Notes: generated by a model not told the origin, from the sequence alone. A stretch of 64,000 bases of DNA from Somniosus microcephalus (GCA_052327205.1 CM126217.1:21948001-22012000), one strand, 5' to 3'. Counted from the stretch's first letter, positions 1-13,458 are shown. A program made the numbers and translations.

Positions 1-2840
1 AGTCCCTCATCCCTGGAACCATTCTTGTAAATCTTTTCTGCACCCTCTCTAAGGCCTTCACATTCTTCCTAAAGTGCGGTGCCCAGAATTGGACACAATA
101 CTCCAGTTGGGGCCGAACCAGTGTTTTATAAAGGTTCATCATAACTTCTTTGCTTTTGGACTCTATGCCTCTATTTATGAAGCCCAGGATCCCGTACGCT
201 TTTCTAACCCCTTTCTCAACCTGCCCTGCCACCTTCAACGATTTGTGCACATATACCCCCAGGTCTCACTGTTCATGCACCCCCTTTAGAATTGTAACCT
301 TTTATATTGCCTCTCCTCATTCTTCCTACCAAAATGTATCACTTCGCCCTTTTCTGCATTAAATTTCATCTGCCACGTGTCCGCCCATTCCACCAGCCAT
401 CTGTCTTCTTGAAGTCTATCACTCTCCCCCTCACTGTTCACTATACTTCCAAGTTTTATGTCATCTGCAAATTTTGAAATTGTGCCTTGTACACCCAAGT
501 CTAAGTCATTAATATATATCAAGAAAAGCAATGGTCCTAGTACCGACCCCTGGGGAACACCACTGTATACCTTCCCCCAGTCCGAAAAACAACCGTTCAC
601 CACTACTCTCTGTTTCCTATCACTTAGCCAATTTCGTATCCATGCTGCCACTGTCCCTTTTATTCCATGGGCTTTAACTTTGCTGGGAAGCCTATTATGT
701 GGCACTTTATCAAACGCCTTTTGGAAGTCCATGTACACCACATCAGCCGCATTGCCCTCATCAATCCTCTCTGTTATCTCATCAAAAAACTCGATCAAGT
801 TCCTTATGCATGATTTGCTTTTAACAAATCCATGCTGGCTTCCCTTAATTAATCCATACTTGTCCAAGTGACTGTTAATTTTGCCCCGGATTATCGTTTC
901 TAAAAGCTTCACCACTACCAAGGTTAAACTGGCTGGCCTGTAGTTGCTGGGTTTATCCTTACACCCTTTTTTGAACAAGAGTGTAACATTTGCAATTCTC
1001 CAGTCCTCTGGCACCAGCCCCATATCCAAGGAGGATTGGAAGATTATGGCCAGTACCTCAGCAGTTTCCACCTTTGTTTCCCTCAGCATCCTAGGATCCA
1101 TCCCATCTGGTCCTGGTGACTTATCTACTTGAAGTACAGCCAGCCTTTCTAGTTCCTCTTCCTTATCAATTTTTATCCCATCCAGTATCTCAACTACCTC
1201 CTCTTTCACTATGACTTTGGCAGCATCTTCTTCCTTGGTAAAGACAGATTTAAAGTACTCATTTAGTACCTCAGCCATGCCCTCTGCCTCCATGCGTAGG
1301 TCTCCATTTTGGTCCCTAATCAGCCCCACCCCTCCTCTTACTACCTGTTTACTATTTATATGCCTATAGAAGACTTTTGGATTCCCTCATACTCTCTCTT
1401 ATTTCCTTTTTCACTTCCCCTCTAAACTTCCTATATTCAGCCTGGTTCTCACTTGTATTCTCAACCTGACATCTGTCATACGCCCCTTTTTCTGCTTCAT
1501 CTTACTCTCTGTCATCATCCAGGGAGCTCTGACTTTGGTTACCCTACCTTTCCCCCTCTTGGGAATGAAACCTCGACTGTACCCGAACCATCTCCTCTTT
1601 AAAGGCTTCAATTACAGTTTTGCCTGCCAATCTTTGATTCCAATTTACTCAGGCCAGATCCATTCTCAACCCTCCAATTAAGTATTTTTACTCTAGATTG
1701 CTCCCTGTCCTTTTCCATAGCTAATCTAAACCTTATGATACTATGATCACTGTTCCCTAAATGTTCCCCATCTGACACTTGCTCTACTTGACCCACCTCA
1801 TTCCCCAGAACCAGAAATGCCTCCTTCCTCGTTGGCCCAGAAACGTTCTGATCAAGGAAGTTCTCCTGAACACACTTCAGAAATTCTTCCCCATCTCTGC
1901 CCTTTACACTATTGCTATCCCAGTCTATATTAGGATATTTAAAGTCCCCCACTATCACTACTCTATAGTTCTTGCACCTCTCTGTAATTTCCCTGCAACT
2001 TTGCTCCTCTATATCTTTCCCCACTAGTTAGCGGCCTATAGAATACACCTAGTAGTGTGATGGCATCTCTATTGTTTCTCAACTCTAACCAAATAGATTC
2101 TGTCCTTGACCCCTCCAGGACATCCTCTCTCTCCAAAACTATAATATTCTCCTTAATCAATACTGCCACCCCACCTCCTTTCTTTAATTCCCTATCTTTC
2201 CTGAACACCTTCTATCCAGGAATATTTAGTACCCAATCCTGCCCTTTTTTGAGCCAGGTCTCTGTTATTGCCACAACATCATAATCCCATGTGTCTATTT
2301 GTGCCTGCAGCTCACCAACCTTATTTACCACACTTTGTGCATTCACACACATGCACTGTAAACCTGTCTTAGACCTTCTTGTATTTTCTCTTAGTCTGAT
2401 CCCACCTAATACCATATTATTTCTTACCCTAGTGCTATGTCTCTCCCAATCCTTTGTGCACCTTGTTTCTCTTTTCTAATGCTACATCCTAGTGCTCATT
2501 CCCCTGCCAAATTAGTTTAAACCCTCCCCAACAGCATGAGCAATCCCCCCCCCCTCCCCCGTGAGGACACTGGTCCTAGCTCTGTTGAGGTGAAACCCGT
2601 CTGGCCTGTACAGGTCCCACCTCCCCCAGAACTGGTCCCAATGTCCCAGGAATCTAAAGCCCTCCCTCCTGCACCATCTCTTCATCCATGCATTCATCTA
2701 CTCTATCCTCCTATTTCTATACTCACTAGCTCATGGCACCTGGAGTAATCTGGAGATTACTATCTTTTGAGGTCCTGCTTTTTAATCTCTGTCCTAGCTC
2801 CCTAAAATCTGCCTGCAGGACCTCATCCCTCTTTCTACCC
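1..2840 (-). mobile_element. CR1-clade LINE, 5'-truncated and frameshifted (ORF1 esterase end, ORF2 APE endonuclease and RT)
   Basis: Minus-strand ORFs occur in CR1 order. 2512-2697 is SGNH-like (GFRFLGHWDQFWGRWDLYRPDGFHLN). 2212-2415, 1963-2208 and 1608-2024 are APE (VVAITETWL, GVFYRP, IVGDF, GNSDH). 286-1329 is RT ([35 protein letters not shown]). The element runs off the window start. Confidence 0.95.
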
Positions 2841-3024
2841 ACATGGCATTACTGTTCCATCTCCTCTTTGTTACCCTTCAGCTCTACTGATTGGAATTGG
2901 TTGTGCAGCGTCCACCATGCCATCTCTTACAATATATATAGCTTCCAGTTTAACTATATAACACAAGATCCACCAGTTGTACAGGGGATCCACTCTTAGA
3001 AATACATTTACTGCAACGTGTTTG

Positions 3025-3160
3025 TCCAGACCCACAGCAATGTGTTTGATTCTTAACTGCTCTCTAAAATGGCCTAGCAAGCCACTCAAGGGCAATTAGG
3101 GATGGGCAATAAATGTTGGCATTGCCAATGACATCCACATCCTGTGAATGAATTTAAAAA
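3025..3160 (+). mobile_element. 3' fragment of a SINE (same family as 11115-11450) with LINE-type tail
   Basis: CCAGACCCACAGCAATGTG...GGCCTAGCAAGCCACTCA matches 11308-11370. The tail AAGGGCAATTAGGGATGGGCAATAAATG matches 48097-48126 and 55451-55476. Confidence 0.75.
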
Positions 3161-3767
3161 ATGTTACATGTGGCCACGCAGAGTGGTGATGCACAGGTTC
3201 AGTGACCGACTTTGCTACAATCCCAATCTCCGTTTAATTGGAGTGGGTAGGCGCCAATTAGCTTCTGTTAAGACTATTTTGGCAGGAACTGTTTTGGTAA
3301 TTGTACAAGGTTGCTGCACAGTTATTACAATACTATTTCCTGCGCTCTTTTTGCATGTTAATTGACCACTGTGGGGGGAAATAAGCTTCAAATAAAAGAA
3401 CAATAATAGTTATAAGCATTTTAGTGAATTGAAAATTAGCCCTAGCCATTGTGAGTTGCTGTGCATAATCCCGCCTCTGTAAGTTGCGTAATATAGAATC
3501 TGCATGTAAGAGAACCAGTGAGCCAAAGATTGTAGACTAGTGATCAGGCTCCCCCTGAAGGAGGTGCTGAGGAGCCAGACATCAGTCTTTCAGGAATATC
3601 AGGAATCCATTAACCTCTTGAGCGCATCCAAGTCCAGGAACCTGAGCTACTTAGCAAGGAACTTATTTGATGGCTGCTTGCTCCCTTCCACTTTATGGGG
3701 TACCAATGCATTGCCGAGTCCTCAGCTGCCTCGAACCTTCATAAAACAGATTGCGAAGTGCCCACAT

Positions 3768-4060
3768 ACAACAACAACTTGCATTTATATGGCGCCTTTA
3801 ATGTAGTAAAAGGTCCCAAGGTGCTTCTAACCCAATTTGAAACCGAGCCACGTAGAAATGTTAGGGCAGGTGACCAAAAGCTTGGTCAAATAAGTACGTT
3901 TTAAGGAGCGTTTTAAAGGAGGTTAGAGAGGTGGAGAGGTTTCGGGAGGGAACTCCAGAGCCTAGGTCCTAGACAGGAAGGCTGCCAATGGTGGAGTGAA
4001 GAAAATCAGGGATGCGCAAGTGGCCAGAATTGGAGAAGTGCAGAGATCTTGGAGGGCTGT
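3768..4060 (-). mobile_element. L2 LINE 3' fragment
   Basis: Reverse complement of the L2 end at 40728-40988 (GGGCAGGTGACCAAAAGCTTGGTCAAA, (CAA)n tail). Confidence 0.8.
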
Positions 4061-4999
4061 CTATTGTTTAGACCCTAGAAGAAGTTAGTAGCGCAAATAA
4101 ATTCATAGCTGCAGTGAACTTCACAGTTACAGAGAAGCAAACCGAGCGATTCCAGGTCTTTGTGGCAGATGGCATTCATCAATGCTGAACCGAAAATGGC
4201 AGACACTGCTGCTCTTTCGGTGCCAACTATTTAGTTGTTGGACAATGTCAGAATGATTAACACCATCTACTTCCTCAGTTTCCTTTCTACTGCTTCTTGG
4301 GCTGTTGTTGCCACACACACACAAAAAATCTATTCACATAATTACTGTTATTCATTCCAGTGGGTCAGGAAGCCTCTGCAAGTTCTGTTTAACTCTGCAT
4401 CATTCATGACACAAACTGAACTCATTGAGCTGGTAGTTGATACAAGACTTGGTTGGCTGGTTTCTTTTCAGCCACATCCGTCCTACAGTAAACAAATTTA
4501 ATGACTAATTGAATCATTATAGGTTCAATCCATGACGCTCTTGTTTAATTGTGGAAAGTTCAAGTTTGTGGCAATTGTACCATAAGTAGGTTTTTACTAT
4601 AACTGTCACAGTTAGCACCAAATTACCACAAACTGGATAATCCCATTCATAATCTTTACAAAAATTGATTTATTTAGCCTTCAAAGTGCTAATTACAACA
4701 ATAACTAGTATTTATGTGCTATAGCGCCTTTAATATAGACAATGTCCCAAGACACTTTGCTGTGGGGGAACAGAAAGGAGCTGAGCTCGATAAATGATGA
4801 GGCTTTTCCTGACTATTACAGTGCTGTTCCTAAAATTCATTCCCCCTTTTGTGGAAGGTGCTGTGGACCTGGATGAGAGATGTCCTGTCAAAAGTAAGGC
4901 AAATTCTGTCTTTTTCATTCCATACGCTCCACACAAGCTAGCTGGATAGATTTTGGGGAAACCGTATATAGAATATGCACTTGAAACTGTTGCGACACT

Positions 5000-5353
5000 G
5001 ATTGAACAGGCTGGGACTCTTTTCTCTAGAAAAGAGAAGACTGAAGGGTGACCTCATAGGAGGTATTTAAGATTGTGAAAGGCTTTGATGGGGTAGACGT
5101 AAAGAAGATGGGAGACCAGTACTAGGGGCCATAAATATAAGATAGTCACTAATAAATCCAATAGGGAATTCAGAAGAAACTTCTTTACCCAGAGAGTGAT
5201 AAGCATGTGGAACGTGTTACCACAAGGAGTAGTTGAGGCGACTAGCACAGATGAATTTAAGGGGAAGCTAGATAAGCACATTTGGGAGAAAGAATTAGAA
5301 GGTATGTTGATGGGGTTAGATGCAGAAGGGTGGGAGGAGGTTTGTGTGGAGCA
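5000..5353 (+). mobile_element. CR1 3' fragment, interrupted in its tail; resumes at 6119-6170
   Basis: Homologous to 54410-54835. It ends GTGGAGCA at 5353 and continues TAAACAC at 6119. Confidence 0.8.
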
Positions 5354-6118
5354 GAAATATTTTTTCAATACTGAGAAACTATTAAATGTTGGTGTTCAGA
5401 GCGATTTAGGTGTCCTCATACAGGAAACACAGAAAGTTAGCATGCAGGTACAGCAAGCAATTAGGAAGGCAAATGGCATATTGGCCTTGATTGCAAGGTG
5501 GTTGGAATACAAGAGTAAGGAAGTCTTACTACAGTTGTACAGGGCTTTGGTGAGACCACACCTGGAGTACTGTGCACAGCTTTGGTCACCTTATCTGAGG
5601 AAGGACGTACTTGCCTTGGAGGCGGTGCAACGAAGGTTCACTAGATTGATTCCTGTGATGAGAGGGCTGTCCTATGATGAGAGATTGAGTAGATTGGGTC
5701 TATACTCTCTGGAGTTTAGAAGAATGAGAGGTGATCTCATTGAAACATATAAGATACTAAGGGAGATTGACAGGGTAGATGCTAAGAGGTTGTTTCCCCT
5801 GGCTGGAGAGTCTAGAACTAGGGGGCATAGTCTCAGGATAAGGGGTCAGCCATTTAAGACTGAGGTGAGGAGGAATTTCTTCACTCAGAGGGTTGTGAAT
5901 CTTTGGAATTCTCTACCCCAAAGGGCTGTGAATGCTGAGCCTTTGAGTATATTCAAGGCTGAGATCGATAGATTTTTGGACTCTAGGTGAATCAAGGGAT
6001 ATGGAGATCGGGCGGGAAAGTGGAGTTGAGGTCGAAGATCAGCCATGATCTTATTGAATGGCAGAGAAGGTTCAAGGGGCCGTATGATCTATTCCTGCTC
6101 CTAATTCTTATGTTCTTA
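5351..6118 (+). mobile_element. CR1 (HER1-like) 3' fragment nested in another CR1
   Basis: ORF2 C-terminus LYRALVRPHLEYC...LEFRRMRGDLIETYK...FFTQRVVNLWNSLP, a 3' UTR, and a TTCTTATG-type tail. Confidence 0.92.
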
Positions 6119-6648
6119 TAAACACTGACATGGGCCTTTTGAGCCAAATGTGCTGTAAATACTTTGTAATACTGTAGAGAGGTGGTGCTGACTGGGGCCT
6201 CTTACTCCTGTACAGTGTAAATCCACAGGACCTGCACCATTGCACCAGTTCAATTTTCATGCAGCTAAAGGCTCTTCAAGTCTGTTGTCAGACTTACTGT
6301 TGCCAAATTTTGGGACAAGATTTCCAGCCTTCCAGAGAGAACAGGATGGATTAGGCAAGGTAGGCAATGCTATTCATTTATCCAGCCTGCCCAGATTTTT
6401 GTTCTGCTTCTTTTCAGATTTCCTGGGAATCTAACGCATTGATACTTGAAAGTTTTGTATCTGGCTGTCTGTTAGGACAAACATATAAAAGACAAGCAAT
6501 GTTCTTTAGCTCATATGGTAACACCAGCGAACAGTCCGAAGCTTCCTGAAGAGCCATATCTATATATTATTAAATATATTGCCTTGGGTGTGTACTTGGT
6601 GTCTACAATCCTTACTTCCTGCTCTCACAAATTTTGGTCCCCTTATCT

Positions 6649-6860
6649 GTCAGCCTTGGTTCAGTGGTAGCATGCTTACCTGAGACAGAAGGTCGTGGGT
6701 TTAAATCCCACTCCAGGGACTTCAGCACATAATCTAGGCTGACATTTGAGTGCTGTACGTAGATCGGCTGCTGCATTTGTCATATTACAGCAGTGACTAC
6801 ACTTCAAAAGTACTCCATTGGCTGTAAAGCGCTTTGGGACATCCTAATGCTGAAAAAAGG
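6649..6860 (+). mobile_element. Internally deleted Deu-SINE (SacSINE1-like)
   Basis: tRNA-like head GTCAGCCTTGGTTCAGTGGTAGC...AAATCCCACTCCAG is joined to the 3' part CAGTGACTACACTTCAAAAGTAC...GCGCTTTGGGAC. Confidence 0.75.
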
Positions 6861-7153
6861 CCTTAAAATCAGCAAATATACGCATATATTCATCAGCTGA
6901 CTATGGGCAATGCCACACGCAGTGTACTAGTAGATAGCAAATAAAGCAGGGATAAACACAAACACGATTGTTAGCATACAAAGGAGTACAGCAGAAATCT
7001 GAATTTCATACTTGGCACAGAATGTGTTTTACCCAACAAACCGTGTCCCATCCAATTAAAATCAAACTGAAGTGCCCTCCAAGGTTGGGTGGGCGTCTCT
7101 GCACAAACATCTACCCAAGACTTCAAATGCTCTGCAAGTTGCAGGAGTTGCAA

Positions 7154-7514
7154 GGGCAGCACGGTGGCATAGTGGTTAGCACTGTTGCCTCACAGCGCCA
7201 GGGACCCGGGTTCAAATCCGGCCTCGGGTGACTGTCTGTGTGGAGTTTGCACATTCTCCCCGTGTTTGCGTGGGTTTCCTCCGGGTGCTCCGGTTTCCTC
7301 CCACAGTCCAAAGATGTGCGGGTTTAGGTTGATTGGCTATGATAAATTGACCCTTAGTGTTAGGGGGATTAAATACGTGGGGTTATGGGGATAGGGTGGG
7401 GTATGTGTTGGTGTAGGGGTTACGGGAATCGGGTGGGATATGTGTCGGTGCAGGCTCGATGGGCCGAAATGGCCTCTATCTGCACTGTGGGGTTTCTGGG
7501 GTTTCTGTGATTCT
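7154..7514 (+). mobile_element. HE1-type V-SINE, near full length
   Basis: A box TGGCATAGTGG, B box GGTTCAAATCC, V-domain GTGGAGTTTGCACATTCTCCC...GGTTTCCTCCGGGTGCTCCGGTTTCCTCCCACA, and a CR1-like tail GATGGGCCGAAATGGCC. Confidence 0.92.
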
Positions 7515-7682
7515 GAGTGCAAACGTGACTGCTGACTCTCAGAATTGTTGCATAAAATAGTAGTTGTCTAAATGAGACAGTGGATTTATCGCTGAGAATC
7601 TTTGTCTTTGTGATCCATTAGTTTGAGCTGCCTCTTGATCAATTAGTTACCCTTTTAAATAAAATGGCTTCTTTTGCAACCA

Positions 7683-7712
7683 TGTGTGTGTGTGTGTGTG
7701 TATGTATGTGTG
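7683..7712. repeat. (TG)n microsatellite
   Basis: Read directly from the sequence. Confidence 0.9.
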
Positions 7713-8217
7713 AGAAACCTCACAAAATTGCAACAAGATCTGTTTCAGGTTCACAAAAATGCAGCTGTAAGGAACAGCAGTGGTGTTTATTGCATTATTC
7801 AGTGCAAGATGGAAAGTGCAACAAATTTAAAATCCAACTACACCCACTTGGGTGCCATTAAATGCACATCACTGACTATTTTGTAAATTGAACAAATTTT
7901 TAAGAATAGAGGCTTTAGTTTAAAAAAAATGACTGTAGCCATCTCCTACAGCTATTACGGCAGAACTGTTTGCACACTTGTGCATCCCCAAATGAACCTA
8001 TCAAACTCCACATCACAAGTTGGCATTGGGTGTGCCACAAGAGAAGACTCGAAGCCGAAAGACAAAGAGTTTTATTGGACTGTTTGCATAATGAAAACTA
8101 TGCGAAATTTCTGCTGAAGACAGCTTTGAGTTACGGGCTCAGAGTTTTTTTTCTATGCAGTCTGTTCTTGACAATATTGCTTTGCCTCATTTGTAATATT
8201 GTCCAGTTCCTAAACTT

Positions 8218-8545
8218 ATAGAATCATAGAATGATACAGCACAGGAGGAGGTCATTTAGCCAATGTAGCCTGTGCCGGCTCTTTGAAAGAGCTCTCCAAT
8301 TAGTCCCAGTCCCCTGCTCTTTCCCCATGGCCCTGCAAATGTTTAATTTCAAGTAGATACCAGTTCTTTTTTGAAAGTGTCTATTGAATCTGGTTCCACT
8401 ACTCTTTCAGGCAGTGTATTATAGATCATCATAACTTGTTGTGTAAAATAAAAGTCCCATTTCCCACATGGATTTTTTTTGCCAATTATCTTAAATCTGT
8501 ATCCTCTAGCTACCGACCCTCCTGCCAGTGGAAACAGTTTCTGCA
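8218..8545 (-). mobile_element. CR1 3' fragment
   Basis: Minus ORF LFPLAGGSVARGYRFKIIGK. The tail is complementary to 62340-62510. Confidence 0.85.
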
Positions 8546-8749
8546 CCAGCTCAGTCCTAACCAGTGATTTATAACGGTTCGGCATAACTGCTGTATATTC
8601 TCCAATGAGTAAATCAATACTGTAGTGTAAACTGAAGCTGTAGTGGGAATCCTACATAAATTCCAGCGCAAACTCATTAAAGTTGGATTCATGGTTAGAC
8701 CTGGCCCACATCAGCCTCTGTGAGGGTGGAGCTGGTCAAGAGAGACTTT

Positions 8750-9522
8750 GGCCCCAATATTAGCTCGGAGACGGAGAGGTCGGGAAACCCGGAAGAACGG
8801 GTTTTCCTCGGGCCCTGCCGAATTTAACCAAAGGACCCGATTAGTGTTTTTTGTCTCCGTTTCCTGGCTGTTGCTAGTCAAATTGAGTGGCTGGCTGTCG
8901 GGCGGGTAGGCCTTCAGCACCAGGCTGCAGTCGGGGAGTGGAGTGGACAAGAGGGAAAGAGGGAGTGGAAAGGCGGGGTGGGCGTCAGGGGAGTTCGGAG
9001 GCCTGGGGGGGGGAGGAGGTTGTGGAGATCGGCAGGGCCTTGAGTGGGAGGTCGGAAGAGTCTCGGGAGAGATCGGGAGTTTGGAGGCCGCAGTCGGGGA
9101 GCGGAGGCAGGGATCCGAAAGATCAGGTTGGGTGTGGTAGATCGTGGCTCAGGAGGAGATTGTGGTTTGCGGGGAGAATGTGCCGCGGGGGGGGGGGGTA
9201 GCGGAAGCAGGTAAGCTGGATCGAGCATATAAGTAGAAAGACACTTCCTGGTGGATCCAGCAGTTCTCGCCTCCCTTTAGCTGCCTGGTTTCCCGATGCC
9301 CGGAAAACCCAAGATTTACATTTAAAATGGAGATTAAATCTGAGGCAGGCGGACTCATTATAATATTTAAATGACCAACCAGCCTCTTGGGAGCGGGTTG
9401 GTCGCCCCCGCCTCCGTTAAAACCAGAAGTGGGAGGGTTTGAAGCGGGTTGGGTTCGAGTTTGAGATTCTTCCATCTCACCCGACCCAAACCCACTTGTC
9501 TTTGGGGGTTAAAATTACCCCC
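8750..9522. mobile_element. GC-rich non-autonomous DNA element (MITE-like)
   Basis: Ends are GGCCCCAATATTA and (reverse complement) GGGGGTAATTTTA, an 8/13 match. TTT flanks both sides (8747-49 and 9523-25). The interior is CpG-rich, unlike the flanks. Confidence 0.55.
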
Positions 9523-11114
9523 TTTCTGTTTGGTATTGACGAGGCCAATTCACGAGGAGCGACGAACAATCCTTGAGAAAAGAACCTGCCATTTTAAAAG
9601 CCCACAGTGGCTGTGGTTTGGTTTTAATCTAGCAGGCACATCAGAAGCTCCGGAGTCTGTTAACTGCTGATTGAAAGTCCCTGACTGTGATGCTCAGCCA
9701 GTGTGAAATTAGAGTGACATTGCAGATGGATTGAACTGACGTTATTGAAAAAAGGTTGGCTTTTTTTTTGAAACGGTCGTGGATCAGGGCTAAGTTGGAC
9801 AGTTCTGTGGAGATGCCACGGCAAGGGATGTCAGCACTCCAGATCCTCCTTGTCCATCATATGAGAAAATGTAGAGTTGCACTTTTCCGTTTAAACAACA
9901 TTTCTTTCCGGCACTTACGATGAATCTAGAAATTATAATGAACGGTTTAAAAATGTAAGGAAGCAGGGAAGGAGAACAGATCATTTAGCCCACTGAGCCT
10001 CTTTGCTGCACAGGTTACACACAGGAAATGTATTTTTTGAGGCACAAAATCCCACGAGTTTTCCCCTCATAGCATGACTTGGCAGCAGATTTCTCCAGTT
10101 GGTTTCTCCTCTCGCCAACACGTCAGTTTTATTCAGTAGCGTCCCTATGTTCTGCCTCGACAGTGAAGGGAGGTTGCCAGCTAGTATCCTAACCAGCTGG
10201 TCTTACAGTGTCAGTGAGCGCAGGAGAGGGCCTTTAGACTGTGATCCCACCTGTTACAGTAACCAGCTGGTATTGGGTAGCACGCACTCTGACACTTTAA
10301 TGCAAAATTCCAATTTTAAACAGCGCTGTTGAGCTGATTGTTTTTGACTGATCTACATGGAAGACCTCTGCTCCTGCTTTCGTGGCTGAGCCTGAATTAA
10401 TTTCCTGGGTGTATTATACCATTCAATAAGACCTCCTTCACCACTACCTTTCCACACTGTAAAGCTCAAGGTTCCCAGACCCTTTCTCTCAGCCCCTGTA
10501 CACTTGGGAGCAACCTTGTGGCAATTCTCGGCATCCTTTCCTAAGCAATGACTTGTGGCGTGGTGTCCAAGCTGAACACCGTTTGAATGCGCCGTACTGT
10601 ACGCTCTGCTCTACACTGAGGCAGTATAAGGAGACGCCTGCATTTTCGCTAAAACATAACTTGCATCAGGAGATGCTTGATACATCGATTTACTCAGCGT
10701 GGTCTGGTGGTACCACTGGCAAACTAATTACAGGCTTTGCAGAGTGTGATCTGGACTTGTCTTTCTGGCCAATTTTACCCCTTGTGAAATGATTAAAGTA
10801 ACAGCTCTCAGCAGAAATTCTCGCTCCATATTCCTCCCGCAATAATCATTAGTGCCAGGTCTAAGCAGTGTCCTGCCTTTTACATTTTAGTTGCGGCAGA
10901 TCAAAGCAATTGGACAAAGCTGATTGACTAATGTAGGAAGTTGTAATTGGATGGAGATGAAAGTTTTCCTTTTTTTAAGTAAGGTTGGGTCAATTGCTTC
11001 AATCCGTCTTGCTCCGTTAAGATGGCGGGTGCTTTGAAGTTTATTTTTTTAATTATGACTGCTTTTAAGTCTGCATTCACAGGAAAAAAAGCTTTCATCT
11101 CGCACGAAGCCCCA

Positions 11115-11450
11115 TTATATTACTGGATTAATAATCCAGAGAATGCGTTTTCAAATTCCACCATGGCAGTTTGAGAATTTGATTTTAGGTTTTTGAAAAA
11201 AGTGACCATGAAACCAATTGGTTTTTCATAAAAACCCAAATGGTTCCCTATTGTTGTTTCAGGGAAGGAAACCTGCCGTCCTTACCCGGTCTAACCTGTA
11301 TGTGACTCCAGTCCCACACCAATGTGGTTGACTCTTAATTGCCCTCTGAAGAGGCCTAGCAAGCCACTCAGTTGTATCACAACCTTCTCGGGGCAATGAG
11401 GGTGGTTGAGAAGCGCCGGCCTTGCCAGCAGCGCCCACATCCCAAGACTA
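11115..11450 (+). mobile_element. tRNA-derived SINE with LINE-shared tail
   Basis: Degenerate B box TTCAAATTCCACCATGGC, core AGGGAAGGAAACCTGCCGTCCTTACCCGG, and tail CCTTCTCGGGGCAAT...GGCCTTGCCAGCAGCGCCCACATCCC. Confidence 0.7.
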
Positions 11451-11951
11451 AATATATATATTTTTACATTCCATATTGTACCTCCAAAGTAGCATCGTTT
11501 TGGTTACATCAAAGACCTCTGGACTCACTGTACAGGAAAGAGCTGACCTGGTCACATTCAGTACTTTGAAAGGGCTTGGAGAAGCCGCTGGACTGGAGTT
11601 TGCTCCTCTCTGTTTCTGTCTGGCACAGTGCAGATATGCTGACCATTGGTCATTTTGAAGGATCAATGGCTCACATCCCCTTTGTGTCACTCAAGTGATC
11701 CCCCCGCACCCGTGTGCAGTGTCATCGCATGGATGAAGTCTGATCTCCCACCTCGTGGTTTCCCCCATGCACGGGTGTGTTTGGCTTCAGCCGGACACCT
11801 ATAAATGGCAAATGATCAAACCAACATGCTGCACTGATCCAGGGCCTCTCCGACCGGGACCAGTGTGTCGCAAATTATTTTCCGATGCCGCACAACAGCT
11901 GCAGGTGGTCATGTTTGAAAGAAGCAAGATAAACCTTAGCAGAGCTTTTGT

Positions 11952-12222
11952 AAAGAAAGAGCTGCATTTCCGTAGTCCCTCATCACATCTCTGAGAAATG
12001 TCTTAAAGTGGTTCATGTACGTTGAACTCCTCTGAAGTGCCATGGCCGCTGCCAAGTGAGCTAATTCACACAGCCATTGTACACAGGCCAAGATCCCAGA
12101 ATCAACAGCGAGATAAAATGATCAGTTAATCTGATATTGGTGGTTTTGCTCGAGAGATGTTAGCCAGGAGACTGGGCGAACTCCATGTTTTTTCTTTCAG
12201 TAAAGCCCTGCGATCTTCAACA
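11952..12222 (-). mobile_element. Old, diverged Deu-SINE 3' part
   Basis: Colinear but degraded relative to 52912-53180 (AAAGAAAG..TGCATTT, AGATCCCA..AACAGC, GCCAGGA.ACTGGG). Confidence 0.5.
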
Positions 12223-13269
12223 TTACAATTCGAAGGCCCCTGACCCTCAACACTCGCAACCTATTTGTGTTCAGAAGAGGCTGCAGTTTCCACAGGCAGG
12301 CTGATATTCCCGATGAGCCAAAAGCTAAAGCGTGCAATGAATGGGAGGAGCATTATCAATATAGCCCAGTAGCACTAGGTGAGGTACAGGAATTCTAACA
12401 GGCTGCCCACCTTACATTCCCAATCTCTTTGGCTAGGTGGGAAAACATCAGTCCACATACCAGGGCTTATAATTTAGGCTAAAGCTGTAATTTAAATTTA
12501 TTACCAGAAATAAGTTTGTACAGACACAAAGTATACTAGTATAAAATCAATCATACAGTAATTAACTTACACTGGTACTTTGAACAGAAACCACAATGAC
12601 GTGTTTGCATTCTTCCAAGTCTTTTCTGGAGTCTTTTAACTAAGTCTTTAGATGATTATTTTGTGGAGTACACATTCATCAGAGAGTTCCCGCTCACTGC
12701 CACAACATGGAAAATAAACTGAGGGAGCTGATCATCCTCGGGTTGATGCTCGAGTACATCCCTCACTTTCTTTGAAGTAGAGGCCAGCTTCTTTTAAAGG
12801 ACACCTTCTATTCATTTTCAACATGCGAGTAATTACAATATTATTTAAATCACCCAATTAAATGGGGATTTAGACGGCAGCCGTGACGTTTACTGGGTGA
12901 GGCCTAGCGAGTTTCTAACCATTATGGCACCCCTTAATGTTGTGACGATCACAGACCATGAGCTCGGTTTTCTTCCCGCGGTGGTGGACTTGCCCACATT
13001 CACTGGCTAGACAACCTTGATCTAATTAGGGTTTGTTTCTGGGCAATAACAAACAGAAGCAAGTCTCTTTCCCCTAAAGGGTAGCAGTAATCTTCAGACA
13101 ATATCGTGTATTGCTCAACACTCAAGCCCCAAGGCAAAGCCAAAATAGATTCTTCACAAGCAGCCGATAAGCACCATTTTAACCTGGATAAACTATAACG
13201 GATAAACTACAAGATATATTAAAGAAATATTTTGTGATGTCCGTCAAGCTGGAGCCTGTGTCAATCACA

Positions 13270-13458
13270 GTCCATCTGAAGAACTGGAAAAGCTAGCTGG
13301 GTCATTTGTTCAATGTCTCCTTCAAAGAATACGACCTCCAACAATGCAGAACTCCCTGAGTGATACACTAGGTTGTCAGCCTGGATTTCGTGCTCAAACT
13401 CTTGAGTGGGGTTTGAACCCACCCCACCACCTTCTGACTCAGGAGACAGAATGCTAGC
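13270..13458 (-). mobile_element. Deu-SINE 5' fragment
   Basis: GTCAGCCTGGATTT.GTGCTCAA...GAGTGGGGTTTGAACCCAC...CCTTCTGACTCAG matches 60597-60665. Confidence 0.7.

Noticed and set aside
5196-5990. 264-aa ORF as a gene
   Set aside because: Chance in-frame fusion of two nested CR1 fragments.
7154-7230. tRNA gene
   Set aside because: The A and B boxes continue directly into the V-SINE body. The same applies to the Deu-SINE heads.
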